Below, in pieces: positions 28,673 through 37,846 of a stretch of DNA of 64,000 bases. The notes under the pieces were generated by a model. It was not told the origin of the DNA. It did no database searches and worked only from the letters and a program-made list of their open reading frames with translations. The position numbers and the translations under genes are program-made. Position 1 is the first letter of the stretch. Each line of letters begins with the position of its first letter. The stretch is from a virus. The stretch is taken from IMG/VR virus record IMGVR_UViG_3300005099_000100, positions 3,032 to 67,031 of that record; one strand, written 5' to 3'.

Positions 28673-30250
28673 TTATCTTAAAAATTTCATTATTACCCAA
28701 CTAGTGTTAGCTACTGTATATACTGTAGGAGTACTTCCCATAACGTCGCACATTATTTCTATGTAGTCTCCCTGAGATAGTTGAATAAAGGTAGAAATAC
28801 TAATAGTAGCATACGCATCTGTAGAATTCCTACTATACGCATACGCTTCAGCAGGTATAATATAAGTAGTACCGTTTTTACGAATTCTCGCACGTACATT
28901 AGCTCTACTCGAATTTTGATCCTCATATCCAATTTGCACATGTATCTCATATAATCCTGATTTATTTACTGTTATTCTGGAGTTATTAGTTGTTGTAGAA
29001 TGAGTATAAATAGAGTCTACAATATCGTTAGTATCAAAAGGAATCGCTACAGGTGTAGTAACACCTACGTCAGTACCACCAGAGGCATCATGAATCTGTA
29101 AAAGAGAGTCGTTAAATTTATTAGTAATATTATCCCAATGAACAAGCTTTTTACCATTACTCTCACCTTCAAAAAAATTATCTATTTCACTTTGGCTATA
29201 TTTGTCTAAATCAGTAATATCGCTTTCTGTATGAGTATGACTAGCAGCAGCAGCTCCGACTTGATCATATGTAACGTTATGAGGATTACTAGTATTATTA
29301 CGATGTAACGTGTTAGCGGCTACGTCACTATTATTAGATACTCTAGTATCAGTATAATATAAATTAGTGCTACCTTCTGCTATGTCATCAGTACTATTAA
29401 TACCTATTTGTGAAGGAGTAACATTGTGAGGGTTAGAATTGTTATTAATATGACTTTTTATATCACTTGCGGATATTTCGTTAGCTCCTCCTTGATCTAA
29501 ATATTGATCAGTGTTTTGGTCATGTGATTTATCTACTGCGTCCTTAATTTCAGAAGCTGACACAGAATTACCACTACCATCATCAACAGCTTCTGCACGA
29601 TCGACTATACCATCACTATCTGTATCATATACTGATTGTAACATATCTCCACCTGCTAATGCGGTAATTTCTCCAATATTTATAATTATTTTTCCTACAG
29701 TATCAGATGTTACGCAAGTAGCAATTGCTAAGGGAATAGAAGGCTTTACATTAGTTAATTTACCAGCATTAGTAGGACTCACAAATAATACGTCACCTGC
29801 GTTAAAACCCGAAGTATCTATTCCTTTGAAAGAACCAGAGGTAATAATGTATCCTTCTTCTCCGTCGGCTATATCATGTAATGTAATACCGTTAGCCTTA
29901 CAAGTATCAATAGTATCTGCTTTTGATAGTTGAATAGTAGGAATAGAATCAGCATATCCATTTACAAAAACTACTTTACCTTTAGTTATAGTAGATCCGG
30001 TACTATTTTTAACTCTACATAATAGCTGACGTCCTATTGTTTGATACACTGTGTTAGATATACCTAATTTTAAGCCTTTACCTTGTTGACAAAACCAAAG
30101 TTTACCTTCCTCAGGACTTTCAGTTTGCGCTAGTGGATTAAATTTTATGTAGTTGACATATATTTGTTTAAAAAATCCAGATAACCATCTTTTAAGAGAT
30201 GTACCCAAACTACCCTCACTATCGTTTCTCGGTACTATATTACGAGTCAT
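28673..30250 (-). CDS. Fibre/decoration protein with C-terminal C1q-like domain
   Basis: NPHNVT repeats; modules shared with ORF 2-1648; IPFD..ITVNKSGLYEI C1q-like end. Confidence 0.65.
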   Translation of the reverse strand: MTRNIVPRNDSEGSLGTSLKRWLSGFFKQIYVNYIKFNPLAQTESPEEGKLWFCQQGKGLKLGISNTVYQTIGRQLLCRVKNSTGSTITKGKVVFVNGYADSIPTIQLSKADTIDTCKANGITLHDIADGEEGYIITSGSFKGIDTSGFNAGDVLFVSPTNAGKLTNVKPSIPLAIATCVTSDTVGKIIINIGEITALAGGDMLQSVYDTDSDGIVDRAEAVDDGSGNSVSASEIKDAVDKSHDQNTDQYLDQGGANEISASDIKSHINNNSNPHNVTPSQIGINSTDDIAEGSTNLYYTDTRVSNNSDVAANTLHRNNTSNPHNVTYDQVGAAAASHTHTESDITDLDKYSQSEIDNFFEGESNGKKLVHWDNITNKFNDSLLQIHDASGGTDVGVTTPVAIPFDTNDIVDSIYTHSTTTNNSRITVNKSGLYEIHVQIGYEDQNSSRANVRARIRKNGTTYIIPAEAYAYSRNSTDAYATISISTFIQLSQGDYIEIMCDVMGSTPTVYTVANTSWVIMKFLR

Positions 30251-30265
30251 AACTAACTACCTCCT

Positions 30266-30460
30266 TTACAATTTAGGAGTGATATTATTATCACTATCTA
30301 TTTCAAATATAGGATCATACAATCCATCTTCGGTTGGCATCAAATCACCGTTTGTATCTAACTCAAATATATTACCTCCTGCAGGTATAATGTTACCATA
30401 TTCATCATATTCAAAATCACCAGCGCTAACTAGTTCGGTACTTCTTAAATTTAATCCCAT
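30266..30460 (-). CDS. Small protein with three FExDxxGxxxP repeats
   Basis: FEYDEYGNIIP / FELDTNGDLMP / FEIDSDNNITP. Confidence 0.55.
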   Translation of the reverse strand: MGLNLRSTELVSAGDFEYDEYGNIIPAGGNIFELDTNGDLMPTEDGLYDPIFEIDSDNNITPKL

Positions 30461-30462
30461 AA

Positions 30463-30753
30463 TTATTTATACAATTGCTCTCCTGTAATGGATATTTGAG
30501 CTTTTAAGCCTTTCTTTAAGGTTACTGAGGGAGTCCAACTTAAAATTAATTTACTTGATTCATTAGTATCTAGTTCTTTTGGAAAGTCTATAATTTTTAC
30601 TTCTTTATTATCTATATCAAATCGTAAATTTATTAGAGGAGCCTCATCATTCAACATATAAAAGGTAAATGTTTTAGTAGTTCCTGCAGGCACTATACCT
30701 AAATCAAACTCAGTTACTTCTTGTGTTAATTTTTCGTCTTTAAAAAATTTCAT
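30463..30753 (-). CDS. Small Ig-like protein
   Basis: DLGIVPAG..FYMLN..LSWTP; SD GGAGG. Confidence 0.5.
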   Translation of the reverse strand: MKFFKDEKLTQEVTEFDLGIVPAGTTKTFTFYMLNDEAPLINLRFDIDNKEVKIIDFPKELDTNESSKLILSWTPSVTLKKGLKAQISITGEQLYK

Positions 30754-30754
30754 A

Positions 30755-32143
30755 TTATTCCTCCTGTAATAATTTATCTAAGAGTTCTTGTTTCTTTTTA
30801 TTTAATTCTAGCTGTTGTACTTTAAGAGCTTCATCCGCTGGATCTGTTATACTTTTCTTTTCAGGAGTAGATGTTACATTTATATTCAACTCTTGAGGAG
30901 AAGACTTTTCACTAGTTTTTGTATCAGTACCTTGTAATTTATTAGCTTCGGGATCTTCAAGAGGAGGTAATCCTAAATATAAATGTCTTGCTTCATTAGG
31001 AGTGATAATTTTACCGTTAACTAATCGTACTGCTATACGAGCTCTTTCATAGTCTACTTTAGTAGCGAAATTAGGACATGTGATTTCAACGTCGTTATAT
31101 TGAAGTTTTGAGAGTATTAATATAGAGTTTAACTTTTCTATTTCATACTTTACAATACCTTCAATTAGTGCTCTAAAATCATCCTTTTGTTCCCTTGCGT
31201 TTAGTGAACCTTCGCCTTCAGATAATCCTAACTTAAAAGGAGGAATATTGAAAACATTAGCTTTTTTAGCTAACCATTTTTGAAGTTCAACGGCATCCTT
31301 GGGGGTTAAGTTAGATAAATCGATAAACTTACCATCCGAGTTAACTGCGGTTAATTTAGTTCTCGCGTTCTTTTTTACAAGTAATCCGAATCTACTTATA
31401 ACGTCTTTTATTATTTTTCTTCCTACCTTAGGAAGGCATATAATACCTGTTTTAACATTATACATACCCGAAGATAAATTTTTGGAAGACTTTATATCCG
31501 TCATTAATTCAGAATAAATACTAGCTATATATGAAGACCCATACAGTCTATCACTTAAATTATCTAGTACGAAATATATAAAAGAATCAACAGGAAAATA
31601 AACAGCTTTATCTGGGTTACTCATATCATTAGGATCTAACACCACATATGCTTTGTCATGACTTTTAAAATTAGCTCCAGTATTATCAACATCAACATTA
31701 AGTCTGATAGCATATCCAGGAACCGTATATAAAGCGGTAGCTTCTTTTGTTTTTGTAGGTTCAATCTCAATTCCTGCTATACCATATAAGTACAGGTCTT
31801 TTATATACTTTGACCTAACTTCATTAAAAGTTTCTACTGAATTAGCTTTAACTAATAGTTTATTAACATAATCTACTCTACGTTTTGTTTGACTGTTATC
31901 TTTAAACTCTTTTTTCGGGACTGCTATTAAGGGGTATCTTAAAACTTCATTGACTATAATATTGATGTATTTTTTTAATAAATTTGAATAGTCATATAAT
32001 TGTTGAATTGTCTGTACACTAACTTTTTCAAATTGTGCGTCTACATAATCTTCAGAAGTAGCCACATATTCGTTAGTTTCCCTTATCGGACTTTGTTTAT
32101 TTTCTTTATCTTTAGACTTTTTAAATCTAAGAAAAAACTTCAT
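30755..32143 (-). CDS. Portal protein
   Basis: DLYLYG..IEI, YGSS, FNIPPFKLG, ITPNEAR..LGLPP; directly after the terminase. Confidence 0.88.
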   Translation of the reverse strand: MKFFLRFKKSKDKENKQSPIRETNEYVATSEDYVDAQFEKVSVQTIQQLYDYSNLLKKYINIIVNEVLRYPLIAVPKKEFKDNSQTKRRVDYVNKLLVKANSVETFNEVRSKYIKDLYLYGIAGIEIEPTKTKEATALYTVPGYAIRLNVDVDNTGANFKSHDKAYVVLDPNDMSNPDKAVYFPVDSFIYFVLDNLSDRLYGSSYIASIYSELMTDIKSSKNLSSGMYNVKTGIICLPKVGRKIIKDVISRFGLLVKKNARTKLTAVNSDGKFIDLSNLTPKDAVELQKWLAKKANVFNIPPFKLGLSEGEGSLNAREQKDDFRALIEGIVKYEIEKLNSILILSKLQYNDVEITCPNFATKVDYERARIAVRLVNGKIITPNEARHLYLGLPPLEDPEANKLQGTDTKTSEKSSPQELNINVTSTPEKKSITDPADEALKVQQLELNKKKQELLDKLLQEE

Positions 32144-32158
32144 AGTATAAACCTCCTC

Positions 32159-32175
32159 TATTTGAAAACAGTATT
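32159..32175 (-). promoter_or_regulatory. Putative late promoter upstream of portal
   Basis: AATACTGTTTTCAAATA followed by GAGGAGG. Confidence 0.4.
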
Positions 32176-32188
32176 CAAAATAAATAAT

Positions 32189-35050
32189 TTAGAGAAAATC
32201 ATCTAATCTATCAAGTTTTTCGGTTACTTCTATATCACTAGTATCTACTACAGTAGGACCTATATCGGACTCCTTTAGTACTGCTGAATATAGAGCACCA
32301 GCTAATGCGTCACTTACATCCTTTGAACCATATTTGAGTCCCTCTTCTTTTAATCTTTGCGTACTTTTTTGAGGATGGTCTACCTTACCATTTTCAAGCT
32401 TAAGCTCTTTAAGTTCTCGTATAAGTACTAAATAATTATATATATTAATTTTACCTTGGTATAATAGTCCTTTTAAGGTATCATATGGTTTTCTAGTTCT
32501 ATCAACGGATATTAGATCACTAGTGATGCCTCTACGTTCAAGTACTTGTCTAAAGTCCAAAGATTGATACCCGTCAAGTGAACAGGTTACTATATCGAAG
32601 CCCATATCATTAAGTCTAAATATAAATCTTCTAATATCCTCAAAGTTTATTTCCTTTTCTGAGGGTCTAATCTGAATTGCTAAATCTACATAATATCCTA
32701 TTTGAGTGGGTGTAAGTTGATAAGTATGTAATAACACTAAACCAGCACAATCTCGTTCTACTCCGTCAGACCCAATACCTCCTTGAGATAAGTCAATGTG
32801 TATAAAATATTCAGCTCCGTCGTGACGCTCCAGTTCAAGTTCTAACTTTTTTCTAAGCTCTTCATTATGAGGAGCTTTTAAGTACTCTTGCTCTAATTTA
32901 TAAGCTTCATAACTATAATTAGGTTTAAACCAGGGTTGAAACGTTAATCTTACTAATTCGTCTTCTGTAACAAATATAGGTTTATCATAAGGTAAATCTT
33001 CCCAAATAATAGGAGATGGTCTATCGAAGTCAATACATCGGTCTAATATTAGTTCGAACTTTTTAAAATATCTGTTTGCGGTAGTTTTGGGGAATATACA
33101 TTCGTATCGTCTCATTGCGTCCTCAGGATCTTCTTTATATAGAGGTAAATAATCTTCTTTTAACTTGTAAATCCTGTGTTTTATAAGATAAGGATGGGCT
33201 CCTTCTTTAGAACGAACTTCCCACGGTGCTTTTCTACTTCTAAATATTTGGCTCTTCATATCTTCAGGTAATTCATCTACTTCATTATAGTGAGTCATCA
33301 TAAAATCATAAGGATCTCTAGGATAAGATATCATTATAATTTTATAGTGATCATGAAAACGTGAATGTGCTGTATTTTTTATATTTTTATACCTCACTTT
33401 TGCTCTATCATATCTTACTTCAGCGATTTCGTCAAAAATAACCATTAGAATATTTTTTCCCTCACCAGAATATCTTGAAGCGTCTAAAGCGTAAGCTTCT
33501 ATATAGTTAGGTAATACTACTTTTCTTGTTTGAATCCCTTTATTATCTCGTAAATCTGCACCTATCTCTTCAAAGAAGTTTCTTCCTGTTGCTGGATTTC
33601 TAACTTTTTTAAGGCATGTGGTAAATTGTTTAAAAAATACCTCCTTAGCATGCTCTTCATTTACACTCATACATGCAATTACTATTGGAGTACTCGCGCC
33701 TATATGGAAATATTCCTGGGGGCTCTTTAGACACGATAACCAGTAACAGCAATAAACAAGTGTACGAACTGTTGTAAAATCTTTTGAATTATGATTTAAA
33801 AAGCCATTCATTAGGTAGTTATAATATTTAGGTACTGAAAAATCATAAAAGTCCTCTTCACATAAAAGTTCTATAGATTTAATCTCTTTAAACTTAAGAC
33901 TTACTTCATTTTTGGGTAATTCCTTAGATCCGTCTAATAAATCCATTAGTAAATATTTATCCACTAATACTATATGATACCCTTTAGAACGTACCGCGTT
34001 CAATTTTATATAATCTACATCACGTACCCACCCCTTAATTTCGTAGTAAGTTTTAGTACCGTCATCATGATAAACTATAAAATCAGGTTGGTAGTTATGT
34101 TGTTGTCCCCTATAGGTATATTTAAACCACTGAGTACATCGTTTCCATACGTACGCTTTACTATCTAACCATGACGCAAAAGCTTTCTCAAAAGATCCCT
34201 GAATTTTAACTCTACCCGCAATTGGAGATACATAATATTCCCATTTACATCTACCACCTTTACCATGAGCATATTTTTCAGGTTGACTTAGAGCTATTTG
34301 TCTTAACTTCTCTGCAACTCTTTGTTGTAAAATTTTTCTTTCCGGGGATTTTAACCACTGTTGATATTTCGCGGATTTTTTTAAGCCTTCACTGATTGCA
34401 CGAGGATTATTTTTCTTACCATATCTTCCGTTTTGGGGACCTTTACGTCCTAATAACCTACTGCGCTCTTCTTTACTTAAAGTACTTAAATAAACATTAC
34501 CCGGATCTTTAAAGGCCACTAGATCTCCTACTTTTAAATGACGTAGCTCTTTCCAACCCGTAGGAGTATAAAATTTATGTTCAAGAGTACATCTCATAAC
34601 TCTATTTTTTTTGCCAGTTTTTATAATAACTTTATAGATCTTTGATTTTCCTTTGTATACTGGGATATCAGCTAACACTGTCTCAAATTTAGACTCATTA
34701 AAATTATAAGATATAACATGAAAGGGTTTTCGTAACTTAGCCCATGTTTTGATATAATGTTGTTCTTTGGTTACTGGATCTCTATACATAATATTACCGC
34801 TGACACAACCCCCCTCCCCCCAAAGTAAGAGTATTTCTTTTATGTCAGTTCTCCAATCTTGAAAGTCAGGTGTAAACACTTGGTTTATTATTCTATACTG
34901 TTCAGGAAACAAAGGTTCTTTTAACCATACTTCAAAAAATTCTTTAGGGGTTACTGGTTTGATTTTAAATTTACTTGTTGAAGTATTAATATTATGTAGT
35001 GCACTATCTATATGTTTGTCCCATATGTTTTTAAATTGTTTAGGATCCAT
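32189..35050 (-). CDS. terL: Terminase large subunit (intein-containing)
   Basis: Spliced Walker A WGEGG/SKD, Walker B VIFDE, ISYPR, nuclease HIDLS..D, KVDHP..SKDVSDA. Confidence 0.9.
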   Translation of the reverse strand: MDPKQFKNIWDKHIDSALHNINTSTSKFKIKPVTPKEFFEVWLKEPLFPEQYRIINQVFTPDFQDWRTDIKEILLLWGEGGCVSGNIMYRDPVTKEQHYIKTWAKLRKPFHVISYNFNESKFETVLADIPVYKGKSKIYKVIIKTGKKNRVMRCTLEHKFYTPTGWKELRHLKVGDLVAFKDPGNVYLSTLSKEERSRLLGRKGPQNGRYGKKNNPRAISEGLKKSAKYQQWLKSPERKILQQRVAEKLRQIALSQPEKYAHGKGGRCKWEYYVSPIAGRVKIQGSFEKAFASWLDSKAYVWKRCTQWFKYTYRGQQHNYQPDFIVYHDDGTKTYYEIKGWVRDVDYIKLNAVRSKGYHIVLVDKYLLMDLLDGSKELPKNEVSLKFKEIKSIELLCEEDFYDFSVPKYYNYLMNGFLNHNSKDFTTVRTLVYCCYWLSCLKSPQEYFHIGASTPIVIACMSVNEEHAKEVFFKQFTTCLKKVRNPATGRNFFEEIGADLRDNKGIQTRKVVLPNYIEAYALDASRYSGEGKNILMVIFDEIAEVRYDRAKVRYKNIKNTAHSRFHDHYKIIMISYPRDPYDFMMTHYNEVDELPEDMKSQIFRSRKAPWEVRSKEGAHPYLIKHRIYKLKEDYLPLYKEDPEDAMRRYECIFPKTTANRYFKKFELILDRCIDFDRPSPIIWEDLPYDKPIFVTEDELVRLTFQPWFKPNYSYEAYKLEQEYLKAPHNEELRKKLELELERHDGAEYFIHIDLSQGGIGSDGVERDCAGLVLLHTYQLTPTQIGYYVDLAIQIRPSEKEINFEDIRRFIFRLNDMGFDIVTCSLDGYQSLDFRQVLERRGITSDLISVDRTRKPYDTLKGLLYQGKINIYNYLVLIRELKELKLENGKVDHPQKSTQRLKEEGLKYGSKDVSDALAGALYSAVLKESDIGPTVVDTSDIEVTEKLDRLDDFL
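33788..34807 (-). mobile_element. Intein in terminase P-loop carrying a PD-(D/E)xK-type endonuclease (340 aa)
   Basis: Starts CVSGN, CTLEHKF, ends FYDFSV..LNHN/S; internal SFEKAFA..YQPDF..YYEIKGW. Confidence 0.88.
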
Positions 35051-35336
35051 CTTTACCCTTTTCTAATATATCTAACACTTTTAGAAACACTTTATTTACT
35101 TTTGTTTTTAGTTTCTTTATAAGTTTAGGATCAAGTTTATATACATCTTCTAAAATATTAATATAAGTAGACATAACTAATATTGTATGAAGTAACGCAC
35201 CTAAATCTTCGCTACCCAAAGATATAAATTTCATATTAACTAAAGCATCACCTAATAGATTGCTATATAACCACAAATAAGTAGCTTTTACGTTGTCGTT
35301 GTTAATAGGTACTCCTTTAAGAAAATCATCATTCAT
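35040..35336 (-). CDS. Hypothetical protein
   Basis: Lies between the terminase subunits; SD present. Confidence 0.55.
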   Translation of the reverse strand: MNDDFLKGVPINNDNVKATYLWLYSNLLGDALVNMKFISLGSEDLGALLHTILVMSTYINILEDVYKLDPKLIKKLKTKVNKVFLKVLDILEKGKDGS

Positions 35337-35892
35337 TAGAACCTCCTTCAGTATTAATATCTATAATACGATTACTTAAATCTTTTAAACGAGTGAGTGC
35401 GTACTTTTGTTTATCCATAGGAACAAACTCTTTTATTACTTCTATTACCCCGTTAACTAATATACCTATTTTATCTATGTGAATATACTGATTAATAGTT
35501 TTAGTAACGTCTATAAGTTTAAGCACCCGTGCTTCATGACTAAGCTCATCTACTATAGCTCTACATGCCATAATCTCTTCTTTTAATTTACCTTCGTTTT
35601 TAGCGCGATCTGCAATTTCGTGGAATCTTTGTTTAATTAGTTTTAATTCATCTAAATGTTTTAGTATATATTCGGCTTGTTTTTCTAATATGTTAGGATT
35701 TTTTTCAACTGCTGCTAAATACCATTTACCTATTTCTTTAATATCATTTTTTATCATGGGTAGAGTAGTTTTTGGGAAACGACTAATAAATTCTTTATTA
35801 TTCAAAATGTCTTGGGGTTCAAAACCTTTTAAGTATAGTTTACGTACTGCAAGACGTCTACGATAAACCAGATCTTTTCTTGTTCTTCCCAC
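35329..35892 (-). CDS. Terminase small subunit (putative)
   Basis: N-terminal HTH (RRLAVRKLYLKG), helical; upstream of terL. Confidence 0.6.
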   Translation of the reverse strand: MGRTRKDLVYRRRLAVRKLYLKGFEPQDILNNKEFISRFPKTTLPMIKNDIKEIGKWYLAAVEKNPNILEKQAEYILKHLDELKLIKQRFHEIADRAKNEGKLKEEIMACRAIVDELSHEARVLKLIDVTKTINQYIHIDKIGILVNGVIEVIKEFVPMDKQKYALTRLKDLSNRIIDINTEGGSNE

Positions 35893-36148
35893 TATACCCT
35901 CCTTCTTTAATTAGTACTCTTCTAATAAAAGATAGTCCAATCTGTAAGTGGCGTGATGCTACTTTTCTAGAAATATTAAGTTTTCTACACACGTAAGATA
36001 TACTACGCTTTTCAAAAACGTATAACTCGACTACTTTTCTTGATAGCTCATTTCTTTTTTCTAAAGAATCTAGAATTAGACAAATATCCAACGGTAGATT
36101 GTAATTTGGATTTATCATTTGATTTAGATAATAAGTATTCCCACTCAT
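35858..36148 (-). CDS. Sigma-70 region-4-like HTH protein
   Basis: LDSL..RKVVELYVFEKRSISYVCRKLNISRKVASRHLQIGL. Confidence 0.55.
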   Translation of the reverse strand: MSGNTYYLNQMINPNYNLPLDICLILDSLEKRNELSRKVVELYVFEKRSISYVCRKLNISRKVASRHLQIGLSFIRRVLIKEGGYSGKNKKRSGLS

Positions 36149-36380
36149 TACAAATACGTTTAACTTCTTTAGCGTATTTTTTTAATAAGTACCATTTAAA
36201 TCTAATAAAAAACCATCCGGGTTTGTTTTTCTTAGATTTGGGTTTTTTCTTTATAGTTTCTAGGTAGAGTACATACAGGTCTTGTTTTATATCTTCTCTT
36301 TCTAGAATCTTACTAGAGAAACTATGAGCTAAATATGATATTATTTCATGGATTTTACTAGGTATTTTTATTTTTTTCAT
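36048..36380 (-). CDS. Sigma-70 region-2-like protein
   Basis: Start re-called to MKKIK (AGGAG SD); EREDIKQDLYVLYLE...WFFIRFK. Confidence 0.5.
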   Translation of the reverse strand: MKKIKIPSKIHEIISYLAHSFSSKILEREDIKQDLYVLYLETIKKKPKSKKNKPGWFFIRFKWYLLKKYAKEVKRICNEWEYLLSKSNDKSKLQSTVGYLSNSRFFRKKK

Positions 36381-36705
36381 TGAAACTCCTATCATCAAAT
36401 GTTTTATATTTACGTTTGTTATACTCATAATGTAACAAGAAAAATATATTAGCAGCGGCGTGTGATAAATGAGATATATTACTTTCAGGATCTTTATCTT
36501 CACCCCGCCACCATTTCCATAGGTGTCTCATACACGCAGAAAATAGTCTACTGTATGAAATACCTTTTTCCCAGTTATGAGGTTCATATTTATTGGCACC
36601 ATAGGTAAATACTTTAGCTACCTCAAATAAAGCGCTAGGGGGTATTAAGGCAAACTTTTCTTTATTACTATCAAATTTATGACCTGCTACAAATTTATCT
36701 TTCAT
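36358..36705 (-). CDS. dATP/dGTP diphosphohydrolase (DUF5664-like)
   Basis: KFDSNK..LIP..VAKVFTYGANKY..NW.KG..RHL..DPES..SHLSHAA; start MKDKF after GGAGG. Confidence 0.8.
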   Translation of the reverse strand: MKDKFVAGHKFDSNKEKFALIPPSALFEVAKVFTYGANKYEPHNWEKGISYSRLFSACMRHLWKWWRGEDKDPESNISHLSHAAANIFFLLHYEYNKRKYKTFDDRSFNEKNKNT

Positions 36706-37060
36706 CTTTACCTCCCTTTGATATAGAAGTAGTTGCACTCGATTTTTCGGTTTCCCAAACAGTAACTGTTACATCAATTATATTTTTATTTAATCTTAAT
36801 ATTTTAAGAGCGAAATATCTAGACATATTCTCAGCAGACGGATATTTAAATGTTTTATTTAAATAGGAATGATCAAATCTTCTTATCAGATCTTTTATAT
36901 GCCCAAAATCTACTAACATAGTTTTGTTGTAAATACCCGCTATAGATACTTGTATAGTATAAGAGTGTCCGTGAAGATGTTTACACTTACCTTCGTGATG
37001 TGGTATAAAATGAGAAGCATGAATGATTTCTTCAAGATTTAGTTGTACTATTCTTGTCAT
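36695..37060 (-). CDS. queD: 6-carboxytetrahydropterin synthase
   Basis: CKHLHGHSY, DFG, FDHSYLN, PSAEN, VWET. Confidence 0.9.
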   Translation of the reverse strand: MTRIVQLNLEEIIHASHFIPHHEGKCKHLHGHSYTIQVSIAGIYNKTMLVDFGHIKDLIRRFDHSYLNKTFKYPSAENMSRYFALKILRLNKNIIDVTVTVWETEKSSATTSISKGGKDER

Positions 37061-37268
37061 TAATTTTCCTCCTTATTTTGATTCCTAATTGTTTTAATTT
37101 ATCCTTATTTTTAATTATCCAAAACGGTATTTTTAACAAAGGAGTGTTTACTATTTCTTCAAGTAGGTCTCTCAGCTCTGTTTCAGGATAGTAGTAATAA
37201 TTACCCTTATTAGCATCATCGGAAAAACTACTTTGCCACGGAGAAGGTTCTGGTAGAAAGTCTATCAT
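37032..37268 (-). CDS. Hypothetical protein
   Basis: Coupled small ORF in the operon. Confidence 0.45.
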   Translation of the reverse strand: MIDFLPEPSPWQSSFSDDANKGNYYYYPETELRDLLEEIVNTPLLKIPFWIIKNKDKLKQLGIKIRRKINDKNSTTKS

Positions 37269-37846
37269 AGTTTATATTTGTCTTTAATAAAATTTACACA
37301 ATCATCTAATTTATAAAAAACTTCTCCTCTAGTTTCTAAAACCCACCATAGTAATGATGAGTTCATATCTCTTTTAGGAACATCACTTATGATGTATATA
37401 GGAATATCTAATAGGAACGCTTCAAATGCTTCGGCTGGAGTACCCCAAGTGGGTTTATTATGTTTATAATATAAAATAATGAAGTTACTTCTAGCTACTG
37501 CTTCAAAGTCTCCCCAGACTTTTAAATCTGCTTCGGAATTACCGTCTATCATCTTACGATACTGAAACTGTTTCATTATCTCAAAACGATTACGTCCTGG
37601 TCTAACTATACCCCACCATATTTTCTTCATTTCTTCTTTAAAGTACTCCCAATGACCTCCAGATTTGAGACCCGTAATATATTTTATCTGTTCAGGAGCG
37701 TGTCTACCCGTTTTTAGAGACTCGTAAGTCAAAGGACAATAAATTAATAGCTTAGGGTTGTGTAATTTCTCTTTTATCTCGTCTCTCCATCCTTTAGCGT
37801 TTTCCGGGTTAGTTTCTATATAACCCGCTAAATAGGTAGTTATCAT
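37265..37846 (-). CDS. Nucleoside 2-deoxyribosyltransferase / Rcl-like dNMP N-glycosidase
   Basis: YLAG, WR, P, D..AV..S, GT..E signature. Confidence 0.7.
   Translation of the reverse strand: MITTYLAGYIETNPENAKGWRDEIKEKLHNPKLLIYCPLTYESLKTGRHAPEQIKYITGLKSGGHWEYFKEEMKKIWWGIVRPGRNRFEIMKQFQYRKMIDGNSEADLKVWGDFEAVARSNFIILYYKHNKPTWGTPAEAFEAFLLDIPIYIISDVPKRDMNSSLLWWVLETRGEVFYKLDDCVNFIKDKYKL

Noticed and set aside
29511-29933. Antisense and alternate-frame ORFs in the track (e.g. 4749-5060, 20719-21066, 29511-29933, 46419-46733, 52632-52928)
   Set aside because: They are shadows of well-supported genes with no SD or motifs
36381-36503. N-terminal extension of the 36048-36503 ORF
   Set aside because: It overlaps the diphosphohydrolase gene; an SD-supported start lies at 36380
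36358-36705. Z-genome (2-aminoadenine) system suggested by the dATP/dGTP diphosphohydrolase
   Set aside because: No PurZ-like gene in the window; the context is deazaguanine
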